From assembly GCF_055900595.2 (NCBI RefSeq), contig NZ_CM148325.1: DNA of 64,000 bases; one strand, given 5' to 3'. Position numbers and translations under genes: made by a program. Every line of letters begins with the position of its first letter. Positions within the stretch are counted from its first letter, which is position 1. Below the pieces are notes generated by a model. That model was not told the DNA's origin, ran no database searches, and saw only the letters and a list, made by a program, of their open reading frames with translations. This document shows, in pieces, positions 36,335 through 49,402 of the stretch.

Positions 36335-37183
36335 TTATTGCCGAACCAGTCTTGTGGTCGATGGGACAAAATCGCTATTACTGCGCCACGGGTTAATGTC
36401 CAGACCGCCACGACGGGTATAACGTGCGTAAACGCTCAATTTCTCTGGCTGGCAGAAGCGTAACAGGTCATTAAAGATGCGTTCCACGCACTGTTCGTGG
36501 AACTCGTTGTGATGACGGAATGAGACCAGGTAACGCAGCAGTTTTTCTCTGTCAATTTGGCGTCCACGATACTGAATTTGGATCGAACCCCAATCTGGTT
36601 GATGGGTGATCAGGCAGTTTGATTTCAGCAGGTGGCTGACGAGCGTCTCTTCTACTACTTTTTCACCACTGGTGGCATTCTCAAGATAGTCAGTAGTGAA
36701 TTCATAGTTATCGATAGTGATATCCTGGTCATCAATGCAGGTGCCATTGAAATGACCTATCGGCTGGCCTTCCAGTTCATCAAGACGATATAACGCCACG
36801 CTAACCTTACCCTGAGCGCAAGTGCTTAAGTCGCGCTCCAGCGTCTGGCGCACCTCATCCCAGTTATTAAAACGCGTCTGGTTAAAACTGTTGAGATAAA
36901 GCTTAAAACTCTTCGACTCAATCAGATTTACGCTGGTGTAATCAAGTTCAACATGACCGACAGCGACCTGCGGCAAACCTTTCGCATTCAGCCAGGAAAG
37001 TTCATACAGCGTCCAGATATCCGTACCGTGAAAAGGCAGGTTATCCGCTTTCAGACCCAGCGGGTCGCGATTCAGGCTGCGTGGAACGCCTTGCAGTAGG
37101 CTGGCGTCATAGGTATCCCGGTAATCGGTTGATTTTCCAAGAGTCAGGCCCGCAAGTGCCTGATGGTTTGCATAAGAAGACAT
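36335..37183 (-). CDS. queF: NADPH-dependent 7-cyano-7-deazaguanine reductase
   Basis: 282 aa; conserved position. Confidence 0.9.
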   Translation of the reverse strand: MSSYANHQALAGLTLGKSTDYRDTYDASLLQGVPRSLNRDPLGLKADNLPFHGTDIWTLYELSWLNAKGLPQVAVGHVELDYTSVNLIESKSFKLYLNSFNQTRFNNWDEVRQTLERDLSTCAQGKVSVALYRLDELEGQPIGHFNGTCIDDQDITIDNYEFTTDYLENATSGEKVVEETLVSHLLKSNCLITHQPDWGSIQIQYRGRQIDREKLLRYLVSFRHHNEFHEQCVERIFNDLLRFCQPEKLSVYARYTRRGGLDINPWRSNSDFVPSTTRLVRQ

Positions 37184-37250
37184 GTTTCACCGTCATAAAC
37201 CAGATAAACTAAACGACAAGTGTATCTGGTTTAAGTGAAGAGAGAAATTA

Positions 37251-37796
37251 GTGGACGATTTGACCGCACAAGCCCTGAAAGATTTTACTGCACGCTACTG
37301 CGATGCGTGGCATGAAGAGCATAAAAGCTGGCCGTTAAGTGAGGAACTGTACGGCGTTCCTTCACCGTGCATTATTTCAACCACCGAAGACGCTGTATAC
37401 TGGCAACCCCAGCCGTTTACCGGTGAACAAAATGTAAACGCGGTTGAACGTGCTTTTGATATTGTGATACAACCCACGGTTCATACTTTTTACACGACCC
37501 AGTTTGCCGGGGATATGCACGCGCAGTTTGGCGATATCAAACTGACATTGCTGCAAACCTGGAGTGAAGACGACTTCCGTCGGGTGCAGGAAAATCTGAT
37601 TGGTCATCTGGTGACTCAGAAAAGGCTAAAACTGCCGCCCACGCTATTTATCGCGACGCTGGAAGAAGAGTTAGAGGTCATCTCGGTGTGTAATCTCTCC
37701 GGTGAAGTGTGCAAAGAGACGCTGGGAACACGTAAACGGACGCATTTAGCCTCAAATCTTGCGGAATTCCTTAATCAACTTAAGCCTCTTCTGTAA
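37251..37796 (+). CDS. syd: SecY-interacting protein Syd
   Basis: 181 aa; conserved position upstream of csrB. Confidence 0.9.
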   Translation: MDDLTAQALKDFTARYCDAWHEEHKSWPLSEELYGVPSPCIISTTEDAVYWQPQPFTGEQNVNAVERAFDIVIQPTVHTFYTTQFAGDMHAQFGDIKLTLLQTWSEDDFRRVQENLIGHLVTQKRLKLPPTLFIATLEEELEVISVCNLSGEVCKETLGTRKRTHLASNLAEFLNQLKPLL

Positions 37797-38006
37797 TCCA
37801 AATACCCCATCTTGTTGTGAGAGATCTCTTACAGACTCTGTAGGAGATCGCCAGGAAATAAGCGAATACTTAAAAAGATAAGAATCGTTATTTTCATTTA
37901 AAATCAATATATTGCTTGTTAATTCCTAACTTTCATATGAAATTTTCCTTAAGGCATTGTCTGTAAGCGCCTTGTAAGACTTCGCGAAAAAGACGATTCT
38001 ATCTTC

Positions 38007-38370
38007 GTCGACAGGGAGTCAGACAACGAAGTGAACATCAGGATGATGACACTTCTGCAGGACACACCAGGAGGGTGTTTCAGGGAAAGGCTTCTGGATG
38101 AAGCGAAGAGGATGACGCAGGACGCGTTAAAGGACACCTCCAGGATGGAGAATGAGAACCGGTCAGGATGATTCGGTGGGTCAGGAAGGCCAGGGACACT
38201 TCAGGATGAAGTATCACATCGGGGTGGTGTGAGCAGGAAGCAATAGTTCAGGATGAACGATTGGCCGCAAGGCCAGAGGAAAAGTTGTCAAGGATGAGCA
38301 GGGAGCAACAAAAGTAGCTGGAATGCTGCGAAACGAACCGGGAGCACTGTGAATACAGTGCTCCCTTTTT
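38007..38370 (+). ncRNA. csrB: CsrB regulatory RNA (CsrA-sequestering)
   Basis: Begins gtcgacagggagtcagacaacgaag; more than 15 CAGGA(U/A)G-type GGA motifs; ends with hairpin ccgggagcactgtgaatacagtgctccc plus T run. Confidence 0.85.
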
Positions 38371-38379
38371 GTGCACAGA

Positions 38380-39090
38380 AAACCCCCAGCTAGGCTGGGG
38401 GTTCCGGAAAGCTTTCAGCTTTGAGCCAGTTATTAAAACCCCTTTTGATTTGTTAAAACACCTTGCGGTCTGGCAACTGCAAGTGTCAAACAAGAAATCA
38501 AAAGGGGGTCCCAATGGGGGACGAAAAGAGCTTAGCGCACACCCGCTGGAACTGTAAATATCACATAGTTTTTGCGCCGAAATACCGAAGACTGGCGTTT
38601 TACGGAGAGAAGCGTAGGGCGATAGGCAGTATTTTGAGAAAGCTGTGTGAGTGGAAAAGCGTACGGATTCTGGAAGCAGAGTGCTGCGCAGATCATATCC
38701 ATATGCTTGTGGAAATCCCACCCAAAATGAGCGTATCCGGCTTTATGGGATATCTGAAAGGGAAAAGCAGTCTGATGCTTTACGAGCAGTTTGGGGATTT
38801 GAAATTCAAATACAGAAACAGGGAGTTCTGGTGCCGAGGGTACTATGTCGATACGGTGGGTAAGAACACGGCGAAGATACAGGACTACATAAAGCACCAG
38901 CTTGAAGAGGATAAAATGGGGGAGCAGTTATCGATTCCATATCCGGGCAGCCCGTTTACGGGCCGTAAGTAACGAAGTTGAATGCAAATGTCAGATCGTA
39001 TGCGCCTGTTAGGGCGCGGCTGGTAACAGAGCCTTACAGGCGCATTTGAAAAACCTCCGGCTATGCCGGAGGATATTTATTTTTATTCCT
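38380..39090 (+). mobile_element. IS200-type insertion sequence (IS200/IS605 family), about 0.7 kb
   Basis: Left-end hairpin acccccagctaggctgggggtt, Y1 transposase gene, right-end hairpins (cctgtaaggctc..., cctccggctatgccggagg); boundaries approximate. Confidence 0.7.
38514..38972 (+). CDS. tnpA: IS200 transposase TnpA (HUH/Y1 family)
   Basis: MGDEKSLAHTRWNCKYHIVFAPKYRR...CCADHIHMLVEIPPK...RNREFWCRGYYVDTVG; 152 aa; start trimmed from ORF track (38463). Confidence 0.85.
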   Translation: MGDEKSLAHTRWNCKYHIVFAPKYRRLAFYGEKRRAIGSILRKLCEWKSVRILEAECCADHIHMLVEIPPKMSVSGFMGYLKGKSSLMLYEQFGDLKFKYRNREFWCRGYYVDTVGKNTAKIQDYIKHQLEEDKMGEQLSIPYPGSPFTGRK

Positions 39091-39129
39091 GCTATCCTTC
39101 GCGGCAGTTTTTCTTATTGAGGTTGCTTT

Positions 39130-39459
39130 ATGACCACTCATGACCGCGTTCGTCTCCAGTTGCAGGCGCTTGAAGCATTACTGCGTGAACATCAGCACTG
39201 GCGAAACGATGATCCTCAGCCGCATCAATTTAACAGTACCCAACCGTTCTTTATGGACACCATGGAACCACTGGAGTGGTTGCAATGGGTGCTGATCCCG
39301 CGAATGCACGATTTGTTAGATAATAACCAGCCATTACCGGGCGCTTTTGCTGTTGCACCCTATTATGAAATGGCGCTGGCGACGGACCATCCGCAACGCG
39401 CGCTTATTCTGGCTGAGCTGGAAAAACTGGATGCTCTTTTTGCGGATGATGCGAGCTGA
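39130..39459 (+). CDS. yqcC: DUF446 protein YqcC
   Basis: 109 aa; upstream of truC with overlapping stop/start. Confidence 0.85.
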   Translation: MTTHDRVRLQLQALEALLREHQHWRNDDPQPHQFNSTQPFFMDTMEPLEWLQWVLIPRMHDLLDNNQPLPGAFAVAPYYEMALATDHPQRALILAELEKLDALFADDAS

Positions 39460-40241
39460 TGCTGGAAATAATCTACCAGGATGAATGGCTGGTTGCGGTA
39501 AATAAACCCTCCGGCTGGCTGGTTCACCGCAGCTGGCTGGATCGCGACGAGAAAGTGGTGGTTATGCAAACCGTGCGTGACCAGATTGGTCAGCATGTAT
39601 TTACCGCGCATCGGCTGGATCGACCGACGTCCGGCGTATTGCTGATGGGACTATCCAGCGAGGCCGGACGGCTGCTGGCACAACAGTTTGAACAGCACCA
39701 AATCCAGAAACGTTACCATGCGATTGTGCGCGGCTGGCTGATGGAAGAGGCTGTGCTGGATTATCCGCTGGTGGAAGAACTGGACAAAATCGCTGATAAA
39801 TTCGTCCGCGAAGATAAAGGTCCACAGCCAGCGGTGACACATTATCGCGGTCTGGCGACCGTAGAAATGCCTGTAGCGACCGGACGTTACCCGACTACGC
39901 GCTACGGTCTGGTGGAACTGGAGCCGAAAACAGGACGCAAGCATCAGCTCCGTCGCCATCTTGCCCACTTGCGCCATCCGATTATTGGCGACAGCAAACA
40001 TGGTGATTTACGTCAAAATCGTAGCGGTGCTGAACATTTTGGCCTTCAGCGGTTAATGCTGCATGCCAGTCAGTTGTCATTGACACATCCTTTTACTGGC
40101 GAGCCGTTGACTATTCACGCGGGCCTGGACGGCACCTGGATGCAGGCGTTATCACAATTTGGCTGGCGGGGTCTGCTTCCTGAAAATGAAAGGGTTGAGT
40201 TCAGTGCGCCATCGGGTCAGGATGGAGAGATAAGTTCCTAA
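39459..40241 (+). CDS. truC: tRNA pseudouridine(65) synthase
   Basis: 260 aa RluA family, [12 protein letters not shown] motif. Confidence 0.9.
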   Translation: MLEIIYQDEWLVAVNKPSGWLVHRSWLDRDEKVVVMQTVRDQIGQHVFTAHRLDRPTSGVLLMGLSSEAGRLLAQQFEQHQIQKRYHAIVRGWLMEEAVLDYPLVEELDKIADKFVREDKGPQPAVTHYRGLATVEMPVATGRYPTTRYGLVELEPKTGRKHQLRRHLAHLRHPIIGDSKHGDLRQNRSGAEHFGLQRLMLHASQLSLTHPFTGEPLTIHAGLDGTWMQALSQFGWRGLLPENERVEFSAPSGQDGEISS

Positions 40242-40258
40242 TCCAGGGAGAAAACGGT

Positions 40259-40708
40259 ATGGCGGAAATTGGTATTTTTGTGGGCACAATGTACGGAAAT
40301 TCGCTGTTAGTGGCGGAAGAAGCGGAAGCAATTCTGACCGCGCAGGGCCACAAAGCAACGGTATTTGAAGATCCTGAATTAAGCGACTGGCTGCCCTATC
40401 AGGATAAGTATGTTCTGGTGGTTACGTCCACGACCGGGCAGGGCGACCTTCCTGATAGCATTGTGCCGCTCTTTCAGGGAATTAAAGATACCCTGGGCTT
40501 CCAGCCGAATCTGCGTTATGGCGTGATTGCGCTCGGCGACAGTAGTTATGTGAATTTCTGCAATGGCGGCAAACAGTTCGATGCCTTGTTGCAGGAACAG
40601 AGTGCGCAGCGGATAGGGGAAATGCTGCTGATTGACGCCAGTGATAACCCGGAACCGGAAACGGAATCAAATCCGTGGGTCGAACAGTGGGGCACGCTGT
40701 TGTCCTGA
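40259..40708 (+). CDS. yqcA: Flavodoxin-like protein YqcA
   Basis: 149 aa, [15 protein letters not shown] flavodoxin signature. Confidence 0.9.
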   Translation: MAEIGIFVGTMYGNSLLVAEEAEAILTAQGHKATVFEDPELSDWLPYQDKYVLVVTSTTGQGDLPDSIVPLFQGIKDTLGFQPNLRYGVIALGDSSYVNFCNGGKQFDALLQEQSAQRIGEMLLIDASDNPEPETESNPWVEQWGTLLS

Positions 40709-41127
40709 AAAATTGCCGTTTTAAGCAAACTGAATCGAATCTTTTCAGGCAAATGCCAGTAAAAACTGCTTCATAGCGCGGATTTTTACTGGCGTTTGCC
40801 TGGAGTCAAGCGATCCATTTCATACTCTTCTTTATTTCTTCGTTTTAACCCTTCCTTTCTTGTTCTTGTTTTCATTTCCGTGAAGTGGATTCCACCGTCC
40901 AGGGCTAATGCCAAAATCGGGCCTCATTGAACGCATTAATGTTGTGTTGTTGCACGGTGAGCCGCTATGGCGCGCTTTTTATACTGTTATTGCCAGATAT
41001 AAACACGCGCCGTATTCGGCGAACGACCTATAAAAACGGCAAAAAATACCCTACGTCACCTCTGATTTCCTGGCGATGTCGCAGTCCAGAGTGAGCGTGG
41101 CTAACGCGAATTTTCAGGAGTGCAACA

Positions 41128-42480
41128 ATGAGTTCTTTAAGTCAGGCTGCGAGCAGTGTGGAAAAACGCACGAATGCTCGTTACTGGATAGTGGTGATGT
41201 TGTTTATCGTCACATCCTTCAACTACGGCGACCGCGCTACGCTCTCTATCGCCGGTTCGGAAATGGCCAAAGATATCGGCCTTGATCCTGTGGGAATGGG
41301 CTATGTGTTCTCTGCCTTCTCATGGGCTTATGTTATCGGGCAGATCCCTGGTGGCTGGTTGCTGGATCGTTTTGGTTCAAAACGCGTCTACTTTTGGTCG
41401 ATCTTTATCTGGTCGATGTTTACCTTGCTGCAAGGCTTCGTCGATATCTTTAGTGGATTCGGCATTATCGTTGCCCTGTTTACGCTGCGCTTCCTGGTCG
41501 GGCTTGCTGAAGCGCCATCTTTCCCTGGCAACAGCCGCATTGTTGCGGCCTGGTTTCCGGCGCAGGAAAGGGGAACGGCGGTGTCGATTTTTAACTCCGC
41601 CCAATACTTCGCAACGGTGATCTTCGCGCCGATTATGGGCTGGCTGACTCATGAAGTGGGTTGGTCACATGTCTTCTTCTTCATGGGCGGTCTGGGCATT
41701 GTCATCAGCTTTATCTGGTTGAAAGTCATCCATGAGCCAAATCAACATCCGGGCGTAAATCAGAAAGAGCTGGAGTACATCGCCGCGGGTGGTGCGCTGA
41801 TCAATATGGATCAGCAAAATACCAAAGTTAAAGTGTCGTTCAGCGTGAAGTGGGGGCAGATCAAACAGCTGCTCGGGTCACGGATGATGATCGGCGTTTA
41901 TATCGGTCAGTACTGTATCAACGCCCTGACTTACTTCTTCATTACCTGGTTTCCGGTTTATCTGGTGCAGGCACGCGGGATGTCGATTCTGAAAGCGGGC
42001 TTTGTGGCTTCCGTACCGGCGGTTTGCGGTTTTATCGGCGGCGTGTTGGGGGGGATTATTTCAGACTGGCTGATGCGCCGCACAGGTTCGCTGAACATTG
42101 CGCGTAAAACACCGATCGTGATGGGCATGTTGCTATCAATGGTGATGGTGTTCTGTAACTACGTCAACGTTGAGTGGATGATCATCGGCTTTATGGCGCT
42201 GGCCTTCTTCGGTAAGGGCATTGGGGCGCTGGGTTGGGCAGTAATGGCAGATACCGCGCCAAAAGAGATCAGCGGTCTTTCCGGTGGCCTGTTCAATATG
42301 TTTGGTAACATTTCCGGTATCGTCACGCCAATCGCAATTGGTTATATCGTTGGCACGACTGGCTCCTTTAATGGGGCGCTGATTTATGTTGGTGTTCATG
42401 CCCTAATCGCGGTACTGAGCTACCTGGTGCTGGTGGGCGATATCAAGCGTATCGAGTTGAAACCTGTTGCGGGGCAATAA
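41128..42480 (+). CDS. gudP: Glucarate/galactarate MFS transporter
   Basis: 450 aa MFS transporter upstream of gudX/gudD. Confidence 0.9.
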   Translation: MSSLSQAASSVEKRTNARYWIVVMLFIVTSFNYGDRATLSIAGSEMAKDIGLDPVGMGYVFSAFSWAYVIGQIPGGWLLDRFGSKRVYFWSIFIWSMFTLLQGFVDIFSGFGIIVALFTLRFLVGLAEAPSFPGNSRIVAAWFPAQERGTAVSIFNSAQYFATVIFAPIMGWLTHEVGWSHVFFFMGGLGIVISFIWLKVIHEPNQHPGVNQKELEYIAAGGALINMDQQNTKVKVSFSVKWGQIKQLLGSRMMIGVYIGQYCINALTYFFITWFPVYLVQARGMSILKAGFVASVPAVCGFIGGVLGGIISDWLMRRTGSLNIARKTPIVMGMLLSMVMVFCNYVNVEWMIIGFMALAFFGKGIGALGWAVMADTAPKEISGLSGGLFNMFGNISGIVTPIAIGYIVGTTGSFNGALIYVGVHALIAVLSYLVLVGDIKRIELKPVAGQ

Positions 42481-42481
42481 G

Positions 42482-43822
42482 ATGGCGACACAATCCAGTC
42501 CTGTTATTACTGATATGAAAGTCATTCCGGTGGCCGGGCATGACAGCATGTTGCTTAATATTGGTGGGGCACATAACGCATATTTCACCCGCAATATTGT
42601 GGTACTCACCGATAACGCCGGGCATACCGGTATTGGTGAAGCGCCCGGCGGAGAGGTGATTTATCAGACACTGGTCGATGCTATTCCGATGGTGCTGGGC
42701 CAGGAGGTCGCACGCCTGAATAAAGTGGTTCAGCAGGTGCATAAAGGTAATCAGGCAGCCGATTTTGATACCTTCGGCAAAGGTGCCTGGACTTTTGAAT
42801 TGCGCGTTAATGCCGTGGCGGCGCTGGAAGCCGCCTTGCTTGACCTGCTAGGTAAGGCGCTGAATGTTCCGGTCTGCGAACTGTTAGGGCCAGGCAAGCA
42901 ACGCGATGCTATTACTGTCCTCGGTTATCTGTTTTATATCGGTGATCGGACTAAAACCGATCTTCCTTATCTGGAAAATACGCCGGGCAACCATGAGTGG
43001 TATCAATTGCGGCATCAGAAAGCGATGAACAGCGAAGCCGTTGTGCGTCTGGCGGAAGCCTCACAGGATCGCTACGGCTTTAAAGATTTCAAACTTAAGG
43101 GCGGAGTGTTACCTGGCGAGCAAGAAATCGACACTGTTCGTGCATTGAAGAAACGCTTCCCGGATGCGCGGATTACCGTTGATCCCAACGGTGCATGGCT
43201 GCTTGATGAAGCCATTTCTCTGTGCAAAGGGCTGAATGATGTTCTTACCTATGCCGAAGATCCATGCGGAGCAGAACAGGGCTTCTCCGGACGTGAAGTG
43301 ATGGCGGAGTTTCGGCGGGCGACCGGCTTGCCCGTCGCGACTAATATGATCGCCACCAATTGGCGCGAAATGGGCCATGCGGTGATGCTCAATGCGGTAG
43401 ATATTCCACTTGCCGATCCGCACTTCTGGACGCTTTCCGGTGCAGTCCGCGTGGCGCAGCTTTGCGACGACTGGGGGCTGACCTGGGGCTGCCATTCCAA
43501 CAACCATTTCGATATCTCTCTGGCGATGTTTACCCATGTGGGTGCGGCGGCACCGGGTAATCCTACCGCTATCGATACCCACTGGATTTGGCAGGAGGGA
43601 GATTGTCGCCTGACCAAAAATCCGCTGGAGATTAAAAACGGAAAAATTGCCGTTCCTGATGCGCCCGGTCTGGGCGTGGAACTGGACTGGGAGCAGGTAC
43701 AAAAGGCGCATGAGGCCTATAAACGTCTGCCTGGCGGTGCGCGTAACGACGCAGGCCCGATGCAGTACCTGATCCCCGGCTGGACCTTTGACCGTAAACG
43801 TCCCGTTTTCGGCCGTCATTGA
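42482..43822 (+). CDS. gudX: Glucarate dehydratase-related protein (enolase superfamily)
   Basis: [24 protein letters not shown]; paralog of the downstream gene. Confidence 0.9.
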   Translation: MATQSSPVITDMKVIPVAGHDSMLLNIGGAHNAYFTRNIVVLTDNAGHTGIGEAPGGEVIYQTLVDAIPMVLGQEVARLNKVVQQVHKGNQAADFDTFGKGAWTFELRVNAVAALEAALLDLLGKALNVPVCELLGPGKQRDAITVLGYLFYIGDRTKTDLPYLENTPGNHEWYQLRHQKAMNSEAVVRLAEASQDRYGFKDFKLKGGVLPGEQEIDTVRALKKRFPDARITVDPNGAWLLDEAISLCKGLNDVLTYAEDPCGAEQGFSGREVMAEFRRATGLPVATNMIATNWREMGHAVMLNAVDIPLADPHFWTLSGAVRVAQLCDDWGLTWGCHSNNHFDISLAMFTHVGAAAPGNPTAIDTHWIWQEGDCRLTKNPLEIKNGKIAVPDAPGLGVELDWEQVQKAHEAYKRLPGGARNDAGPMQYLIPGWTFDRKRPVFGRH

Positions 43823-43842
43823 TTTTGAAAAAGGACATAAAG

Positions 43843-45183
43843 ATGAGTTCTCAATTTACGACGCCTGTTGTTACTGAAATGCAGGTCATCCCGGTGGCGG
43901 GCCATGACAGTATGCTGATGAATCTGAGTGGTGCACACGCACCGTTCTTCACGCGTAATATTGTGATTATCAAAGATAATTCTGGTCACACTGGCGTAGG
44001 GGAAATTCCCGGCGGCGAGAAAATCCGTAAAACGCTGGAAGATGCAATTCCGCTGGTGGTGGGTAAAACGCTGGGTGAATACAAAAACGTTCTGACGCTG
44101 GTGCGTAATACATTTGCCGATCGTGATGCCGGCGGGCGCGGTTTGCAGACATTTGATTTGCGGACCACTATTCATGTGGTTACCGGGATAGAAGCGGCAA
44201 TGCTGGATCTGCTGGGGCAGCATCTGGGGGTTAACGTGGCATCGCTGCTGGGCGATGGTCAACAGCGTAGCGAAGTCGAAATGCTCGGTTATCTGTTCTT
44301 CGTCGGTAATCGCAAAGCCACACCGCTGCCGTATCAAAGCCAGCCGGATGACTCATGCGACTGGTATCGCCTGCGTCACGAAGAAGCGATGACGCCGGAT
44401 GCGGTGGTGCGCCTGGCGGAAGCGGCATATGAAAAATATGGCTTCAACGATTTCAAACTGAAGGGCGGTGTACTGGCCGGAGAAGAAGAAGCCGAATCTA
44501 TTGTGGCACTGGCGCAACGCTTCCCGCAGGCGCGTATTACCCTCGATCCTAACGGTGCCTGGTCGCTGAACGAAGCGATTAAAATCGGTAAATACCTGAA
44601 AGGTTCGCTGGCTTATGCAGAAGATCCGTGTGGTGCGGAGCAAGGTTTCTCCGGGCGTGAAGTGATGGCAGAGTTCCGTCGCGCGACTGGCCTGCCGACC
44701 GCAACCAATATGATCGCCACCGACTGGCGGCAGATGGGCCATACGCTCTCGTTACAATCCGTTGATATCCCGCTGGCGGATCCGCATTTCTGGACGATGC
44801 AAGGTTCGGTACGTGTGGCGCAAATGTGCCATGAATTTGGCCTGACCTGGGGTTCACACTCTAACAACCACTTCGATATTTCCCTGGCGATGTTTACCCA
44901 TGTAGCCGCTGCTGCACCGGGTAAAATTACTGCTATTGATACGCACTGGATCTGGCAGGAAGGCAATCAGCGTCTGACCAAAGAACCGTTTGAGATCAAA
45001 GGCGGGCTGGTACAGGTGCCGCAAAAACCAGGATTGGGCATAGAAATCGATATGGATCAGGTGATGAAAGCCCACGAGCTGTATCAGAAACACGGGCTTG
45101 GCGCGCGTGACGATGCAATGGGAATGCAGTATCTGATTCCTGGCTGGACGTTCGATAACAAGCGTCCGTGCATGGTGCGTTAA
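43843..45183 (+). CDS. gudD: D-glucarate dehydratase
   Basis: [30 protein letters not shown]; start trimmed from ORF track (43819). Confidence 0.9.
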   Translation: MSSQFTTPVVTEMQVIPVAGHDSMLMNLSGAHAPFFTRNIVIIKDNSGHTGVGEIPGGEKIRKTLEDAIPLVVGKTLGEYKNVLTLVRNTFADRDAGGRGLQTFDLRTTIHVVTGIEAAMLDLLGQHLGVNVASLLGDGQQRSEVEMLGYLFFVGNRKATPLPYQSQPDDSCDWYRLRHEEAMTPDAVVRLAEAAYEKYGFNDFKLKGGVLAGEEEAESIVALAQRFPQARITLDPNGAWSLNEAIKIGKYLKGSLAYAEDPCGAEQGFSGREVMAEFRRATGLPTATNMIATDWRQMGHTLSLQSVDIPLADPHFWTMQGSVRVAQMCHEFGLTWGSHSNNHFDISLAMFTHVAAAAPGKITAIDTHWIWQEGNQRLTKEPFEIKGGLVQVPQKPGLGIEIDMDQVMKAHELYQKHGLGARDDAMGMQYLIPGWTFDNKRPCMVR

Positions 45184-45198
45184 GACAGAAAACCAAAA

Positions 45199-45225
45199 CC
45201 GGCTCTGTCAGGAGCCGGTTTTTAC
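45199..45225. terminator. Bidirectional rho-independent terminator between gudD and barA
   Basis: aaccggctctgtcaggagccggttttt hairpin with flanking A and T runs. Confidence 0.5.
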
Positions 45226-45240
45226 TGGATAACATATTTA

Positions 45241-47997
45241 TTACCCAAGAATTTTGCTGGCTTCGCGCGCTACATTATCCATCTCGTCCAACAGTTCCAG
45301 CAGCTCCGGCTCCAAATCTTCTTCTTTAGTACCGCTGCGTAGCTGTTGTTCGATCAGTTGGCAGAGATTCTTCATACGCGGCACACCGCTATAGCCGCAA
45401 CTGCCATGCAGTTTATGAATCAAATCAACCAGGCCTTCCGGGTTTTCTCCAACCAGCTGTTCCTCAACTTTGTTGCGAACTTCAGGCAGGAAATCGAGTA
45501 ACATTTGCAGCATATCGCGCGCTAAATCGGTTTTTCCTGCTGCCTGGCGTAGTGCCAGTTGCCAGTCGAGGGTCGCATTCGGGTTCACCACAATTTCATT
45601 GACTTCGGGGGTCACGACGCGAGAGGAAATACCGCTGCCAGGCTTGTAGCGCAACAGCAAATTATGCAATCGTTCTTCTTCAATCGGTTTCGCCAGATAA
45701 TCGCTCATCCCTGCGCCAAGCAGCTTCTCTTTTTGCCCGGCCATTGCATGCGCCGTTACCGCGATAACCGGCGTTTGTTGCTGATGTGGGAGCTGGTGGA
45801 TGAGTTCGCAGGCCCGAATTCCGTCCATGTCCGGCATTTGAATATCCATTAAGATCAGATCGAACGGCATCTGTTTCGCCCGTTCAACGGCCTGATGCCC
45901 GCTATCGCAAAGTTCCACATGTTGCACCATATCTTCCAGCAATGCGCCGATAAGTTTCAGGTTAGCGGGGTTGTCATCAACCGCCATGACTGTCATTGCC
46001 AGCTTACTTTCATCGGTTACAGGCAAAAGCGTGTTTTGTTTGTGATGACAAAATTCCGTCAGGGCAGGGAACAGGCGTGTAGGTGTTAATGGTTTCAGCA
46101 GACACGCGCCGATACCATCTTGCTTAAGTTTTTCAGCATTGACTTGTGCATGGCAAGGAAGTGCCAGCATCAGAAAATCGGTCATCGATACCGCTTTCGC
46201 TAATCGCTCATGTTGCATTGTTAGCGGCTCGCGGAAGGTCACCGCAATGCCTAATAACATCATGTCGTAATGCGCGGGAGGCAGCGCGGAGAACGTTGGG
46301 CTATAAACCACTTCCAGCGGCGTTTCACTTAAAATATCCAGCGTGCATTGCGCTGCTGCGGAGTTTGGTTCGACATAGGCCAGGCGCTTGCCGGCGAGGC
46401 ACTGGGTGGATGGCCCTTCGATAATAATGTTCGGATTCAGATCGAGATTAATGTGGAACCAGAAAGTTGAACCGCGATTCGGCTGGCTATGGAACGAAAT
46501 ATCGCCGCCCATTTCATTAACCAGTTTCTGTGTGATCACCAGCCCCAGCCCGGTGCCACCATGACGGCGGGAAATACTGGCATCAGCCTGTCGGAAGGCC
46601 TGGAATAAGCGCGATTGATCGCGTTCCGGAATACCAATGCCGGTATCCCGAATCTGCACTTCAATCTGCACTTTGGTATTACTCAGCGCACGTTTTTCTA
46701 CCAGAATATCAATGTTGCCATTCTCGGTGAATTTAATTGCATTCCCTACCAGGTTAGTGATGATTTGCTGTAATCGCAGTGGGTCGCCAATTACATTATC
46801 GGGCACGTCGCTCTTAATATTGAGCGTCAGTTCCAGCCCTTTATCGTGAGAAGAATGTGCCAGCAGGGTAACGACTTCATCCAGCGTGCTGCGTAGTGGG
46901 AATGGAATACTTTCCAGAATCAGCTTACCTGCTTCCAGTTTCGAGAAGTCGAGAACATCATTAATAATTGCCAGCAAATTATTTGCCGAACGTTCAATCG
47001 TATTCAGGTGATCGCGCTGCGTTGGTGTTAATTCTGTTTTCAGCGTCAGGCGGGTAAAGCCAATAACGCCATTGAGCGGAGTTCGCAGCTCGTGGGACAT
47101 ATTTGCCAGAAACTCAGACTTAATCCGCGCCGCTTCCTGGGCACGTTTTTTCGCCAGATCCAACTCAACGTTCTGAATTTCCATCTGCTCCAGCGTTTCA
47201 CGTAGATCGGACGTCGCCTGGTCGATATTGTGCTGCATCTCTTCGTGATAAGCTGCCAGCGACATTGCCATCGAGTTGATGCCATTTTTCAGCATATCCA
47301 GCTCGCCGAGCATAAATCCTTCCACTCGGCTGTCGAGTTGTCCGCGACGGATACGGTCGACGGTATTCACCATGTTGCGAATTGGACCGGTTACATCACG
47401 CATGAGTCGCCAGCCAAAAATAAGCGCAATACCGATACAAAACAGCATCATCACGCTGGAAATAAAGATCTCTTTATATTGCTGCAAGCGAACCGATTTT
47501 AGATCCAGTTCAAGCGCGATATATCCCAGCATATTTTGACTATTTTTGGCATCACTACTGGGCGATTCGTCGGGGGAATAACTCTCGGAAATAATTGGTG
47601 TGCGTAAGATCATAATATCACCGTCACGTGTGACAGTGAGCTGGCGAGGAAACGGCACGTTGCTGCCGAGCTGCATTGATGAGGGATCAAGATGAAAATT
47701 GGAGGTGACAAAGAGTCGGTTATTTTCATCATAAACCGAAATCGCGCGAACAATATCGGAATGGCGACGATGCAGTACGCTTATTAACTGACCGATAGAT
47801 TCGCGATTTTGCAGGCTCATGCCATATTCAGTAGAAACTGCAAGCGGCTCAATAATGCTGGCTCCGGCATCTTCCAGTTGACGCTGCAAGTCGTTATAGC
47901 GATGCACAACGAAAAAGATACTCAGCAATAAACCAATAAGGACGGTCGGTGCCAGGATCAGAATCATCATGCGTGCGCGCAGGCTGTAGTTGGTCAT
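45241..47997 (-). CDS. barA: Hybrid sensor histidine kinase BarA
   Basis: 918 aa; HAMP, HisKA (SHELRTPLN), REC and HPt domains. Confidence 0.95.
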   Translation of the reverse strand: MTNYSLRARMMILILAPTVLIGLLLSIFFVVHRYNDLQRQLEDAGASIIEPLAVSTEYGMSLQNRESIGQLISVLHRRHSDIVRAISVYDENNRLFVTSNFHLDPSSMQLGSNVPFPRQLTVTRDGDIMILRTPIISESYSPDESPSSDAKNSQNMLGYIALELDLKSVRLQQYKEIFISSVMMLFCIGIALIFGWRLMRDVTGPIRNMVNTVDRIRRGQLDSRVEGFMLGELDMLKNGINSMAMSLAAYHEEMQHNIDQATSDLRETLEQMEIQNVELDLAKKRAQEAARIKSEFLANMSHELRTPLNGVIGFTRLTLKTELTPTQRDHLNTIERSANNLLAIINDVLDFSKLEAGKLILESIPFPLRSTLDEVVTLLAHSSHDKGLELTLNIKSDVPDNVIGDPLRLQQIITNLVGNAIKFTENGNIDILVEKRALSNTKVQIEVQIRDTGIGIPERDQSRLFQAFRQADASISRRHGGTGLGLVITQKLVNEMGGDISFHSQPNRGSTFWFHINLDLNPNIIIEGPSTQCLAGKRLAYVEPNSAAAQCTLDILSETPLEVVYSPTFSALPPAHYDMMLLGIAVTFREPLTMQHERLAKAVSMTDFLMLALPCHAQVNAEKLKQDGIGACLLKPLTPTRLFPALTEFCHHKQNTLLPVTDESKLAMTVMAVDDNPANLKLIGALLEDMVQHVELCDSGHQAVERAKQMPFDLILMDIQMPDMDGIRACELIHQLPHQQQTPVIAVTAHAMAGQKEKLLGAGMSDYLAKPIEEERLHNLLLRYKPGSGISSRVVTPEVNEIVVNPNATLDWQLALRQAAGKTDLARDMLQMLLDFLPEVRNKVEEQLVGENPEGLVDLIHKLHGSCGYSGVPRMKNLCQLIEQQLRSGTKEEDLEPELLELLDEMDNVAREASKILG

Positions 47998-48053
47998 GGA
48001 GTTCCGTTATGGGACAATTAAGGTCACACTGTTAAATTGAGAAAGTCTCGCCA

Positions 48054-49355
48054 ATGGCGCAATTCTACTCTGCAAAACGACGCACGACGACGCGTCAGAT
48101 CATAACTGTTTCAGTCAACGACCTCGACTCTTTTGGTCAGGGCGTGGCACGACATAACGGCAAAGCGTTATTTATTCCTGGATTATTGCCACAGGAAAAC
48201 GCGGAAGTTACTGTTACTGAAGATAAAAAACAGTACGCCCGCGCTAAAGTCGTGCGCCGGTTAAGCGATAGCCCGGAACGCGAAACGCCACGCTGCCCTC
48301 ATTTTGGCGTATGCGGTGGCTGTCAGCAACAACACGCCAGCGAGGATTTACAGCAGCGAAGCAAAAGTGCGGCACTTGCCCGATTAATGAAACACGAAGT
48401 CTCTGAAGTGATCGCCGATGTTCCCTGGGGCTATCGCCGTCGCGCGCGTTTAAGTTTGAACTACTTACCGAAAACACAGCAACTTCAGATGGGGTTTCGC
48501 AAAGCGGGCTCCAGTGACATTGTCGACGTTAAACAATGCCCCATTTTAGTGCCCCAACTTGAAGCATTGCTGCCCAAAGTCAGGGCATGCCTGGGCAGCT
48601 TACAAGCTATGCGCCATCTTGGTCATGTTGAACTGGTACAGGCAACCAGCGGCAAGCTGATGATTTTGCGCCATACCGCACCGCTAAGTTCGGCAGATCG
48701 CGAAAAACTGGAACGCTTTTCGCATTCTGAAGGCCTGGATCTGTATCTCGCCCCCGATAGTGAGATACTCGAAACCGTCTCTGGTGAGATGCCCTGGTAT
48801 GACTCAAACGGGTTGCGCTTAACTTTTAGCCCGCGCGATTTTATTCAGGTCAATGCGGGTGTGAACCAAAAAATGGTAGCGCGTGCGTTGGAATGGCTGG
48901 ATGTACAACCTGAAGATCGCGTACTGGATCTGTTCTGCGGTATGGGCAACTTTACACTGCCATTGGCGACACAAGCTGCCAGTGTGGTGGGTGTAGAAGG
49001 CGTTCCGGCGCTGGTTGAAAAAGGCCAGCAGAATGCGCGTCTTAATGGCTTACACAATGTGACGTTTTATCACGAAAATCTTGAAGAAGATGTCACAAAG
49101 CAGCCGTGGGCGAAAAACGGCTTCGATAAAGTGTTGCTGGACCCGGCGCGAGCAGGTGCCGCAGGTGTTATGCAGCAAATTATAAAACTGGAACCTATTC
49201 GTATAGTTTATGTATCCTGTAATCCTGCAACGCTGGCTCGGGATAGCGAAGCGTTATTAAAAGCAGGATATACCATTGCGCGACTGGCGATGCTGGATAT
49301 GTTCCCACACACGGGACATCTGGAATCGATGGTACTTTTCTCGCGCGTTAAATAG
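48054..49355 (+). CDS. rlmD: 23S rRNA (uracil1939-C5)-methyltransferase
   Basis: [19 protein letters not shown]; [14 protein letters not shown] Fe-S motif; 433 aa. Confidence 0.9.
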   Translation: MAQFYSAKRRTTTRQIITVSVNDLDSFGQGVARHNGKALFIPGLLPQENAEVTVTEDKKQYARAKVVRRLSDSPERETPRCPHFGVCGGCQQQHASEDLQQRSKSAALARLMKHEVSEVIADVPWGYRRRARLSLNYLPKTQQLQMGFRKAGSSDIVDVKQCPILVPQLEALLPKVRACLGSLQAMRHLGHVELVQATSGKLMILRHTAPLSSADREKLERFSHSEGLDLYLAPDSEILETVSGEMPWYDSNGLRLTFSPRDFIQVNAGVNQKMVARALEWLDVQPEDRVLDLFCGMGNFTLPLATQAASVVGVEGVPALVEKGQQNARLNGLHNVTFYHENLEEDVTKQPWAKNGFDKVLLDPARAGAAGVMQQIIKLEPIRIVYVSCNPATLARDSEALLKAGYTIARLAMLDMFPHTGHLESMVLFSRVK

Positions 49356-49402
49356 TTACGATTTGCCGATTTCGGCAGGTCTGGTCCCTAAAGGAGAGGA
49401 CG

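Noticed and set aside
37949-38721. Minus-strand ORFs (62 aa and 157 aa) over csrB and the IS200 left end
   Set aside because: They overlap a known non-coding RNA and the IS200 terminal hairpin; the open frames are explained by the repetitive GGA-rich sequence.
43109-43819. 236 aa ORF on the - strand
   Set aside because: Antisense to gudX.
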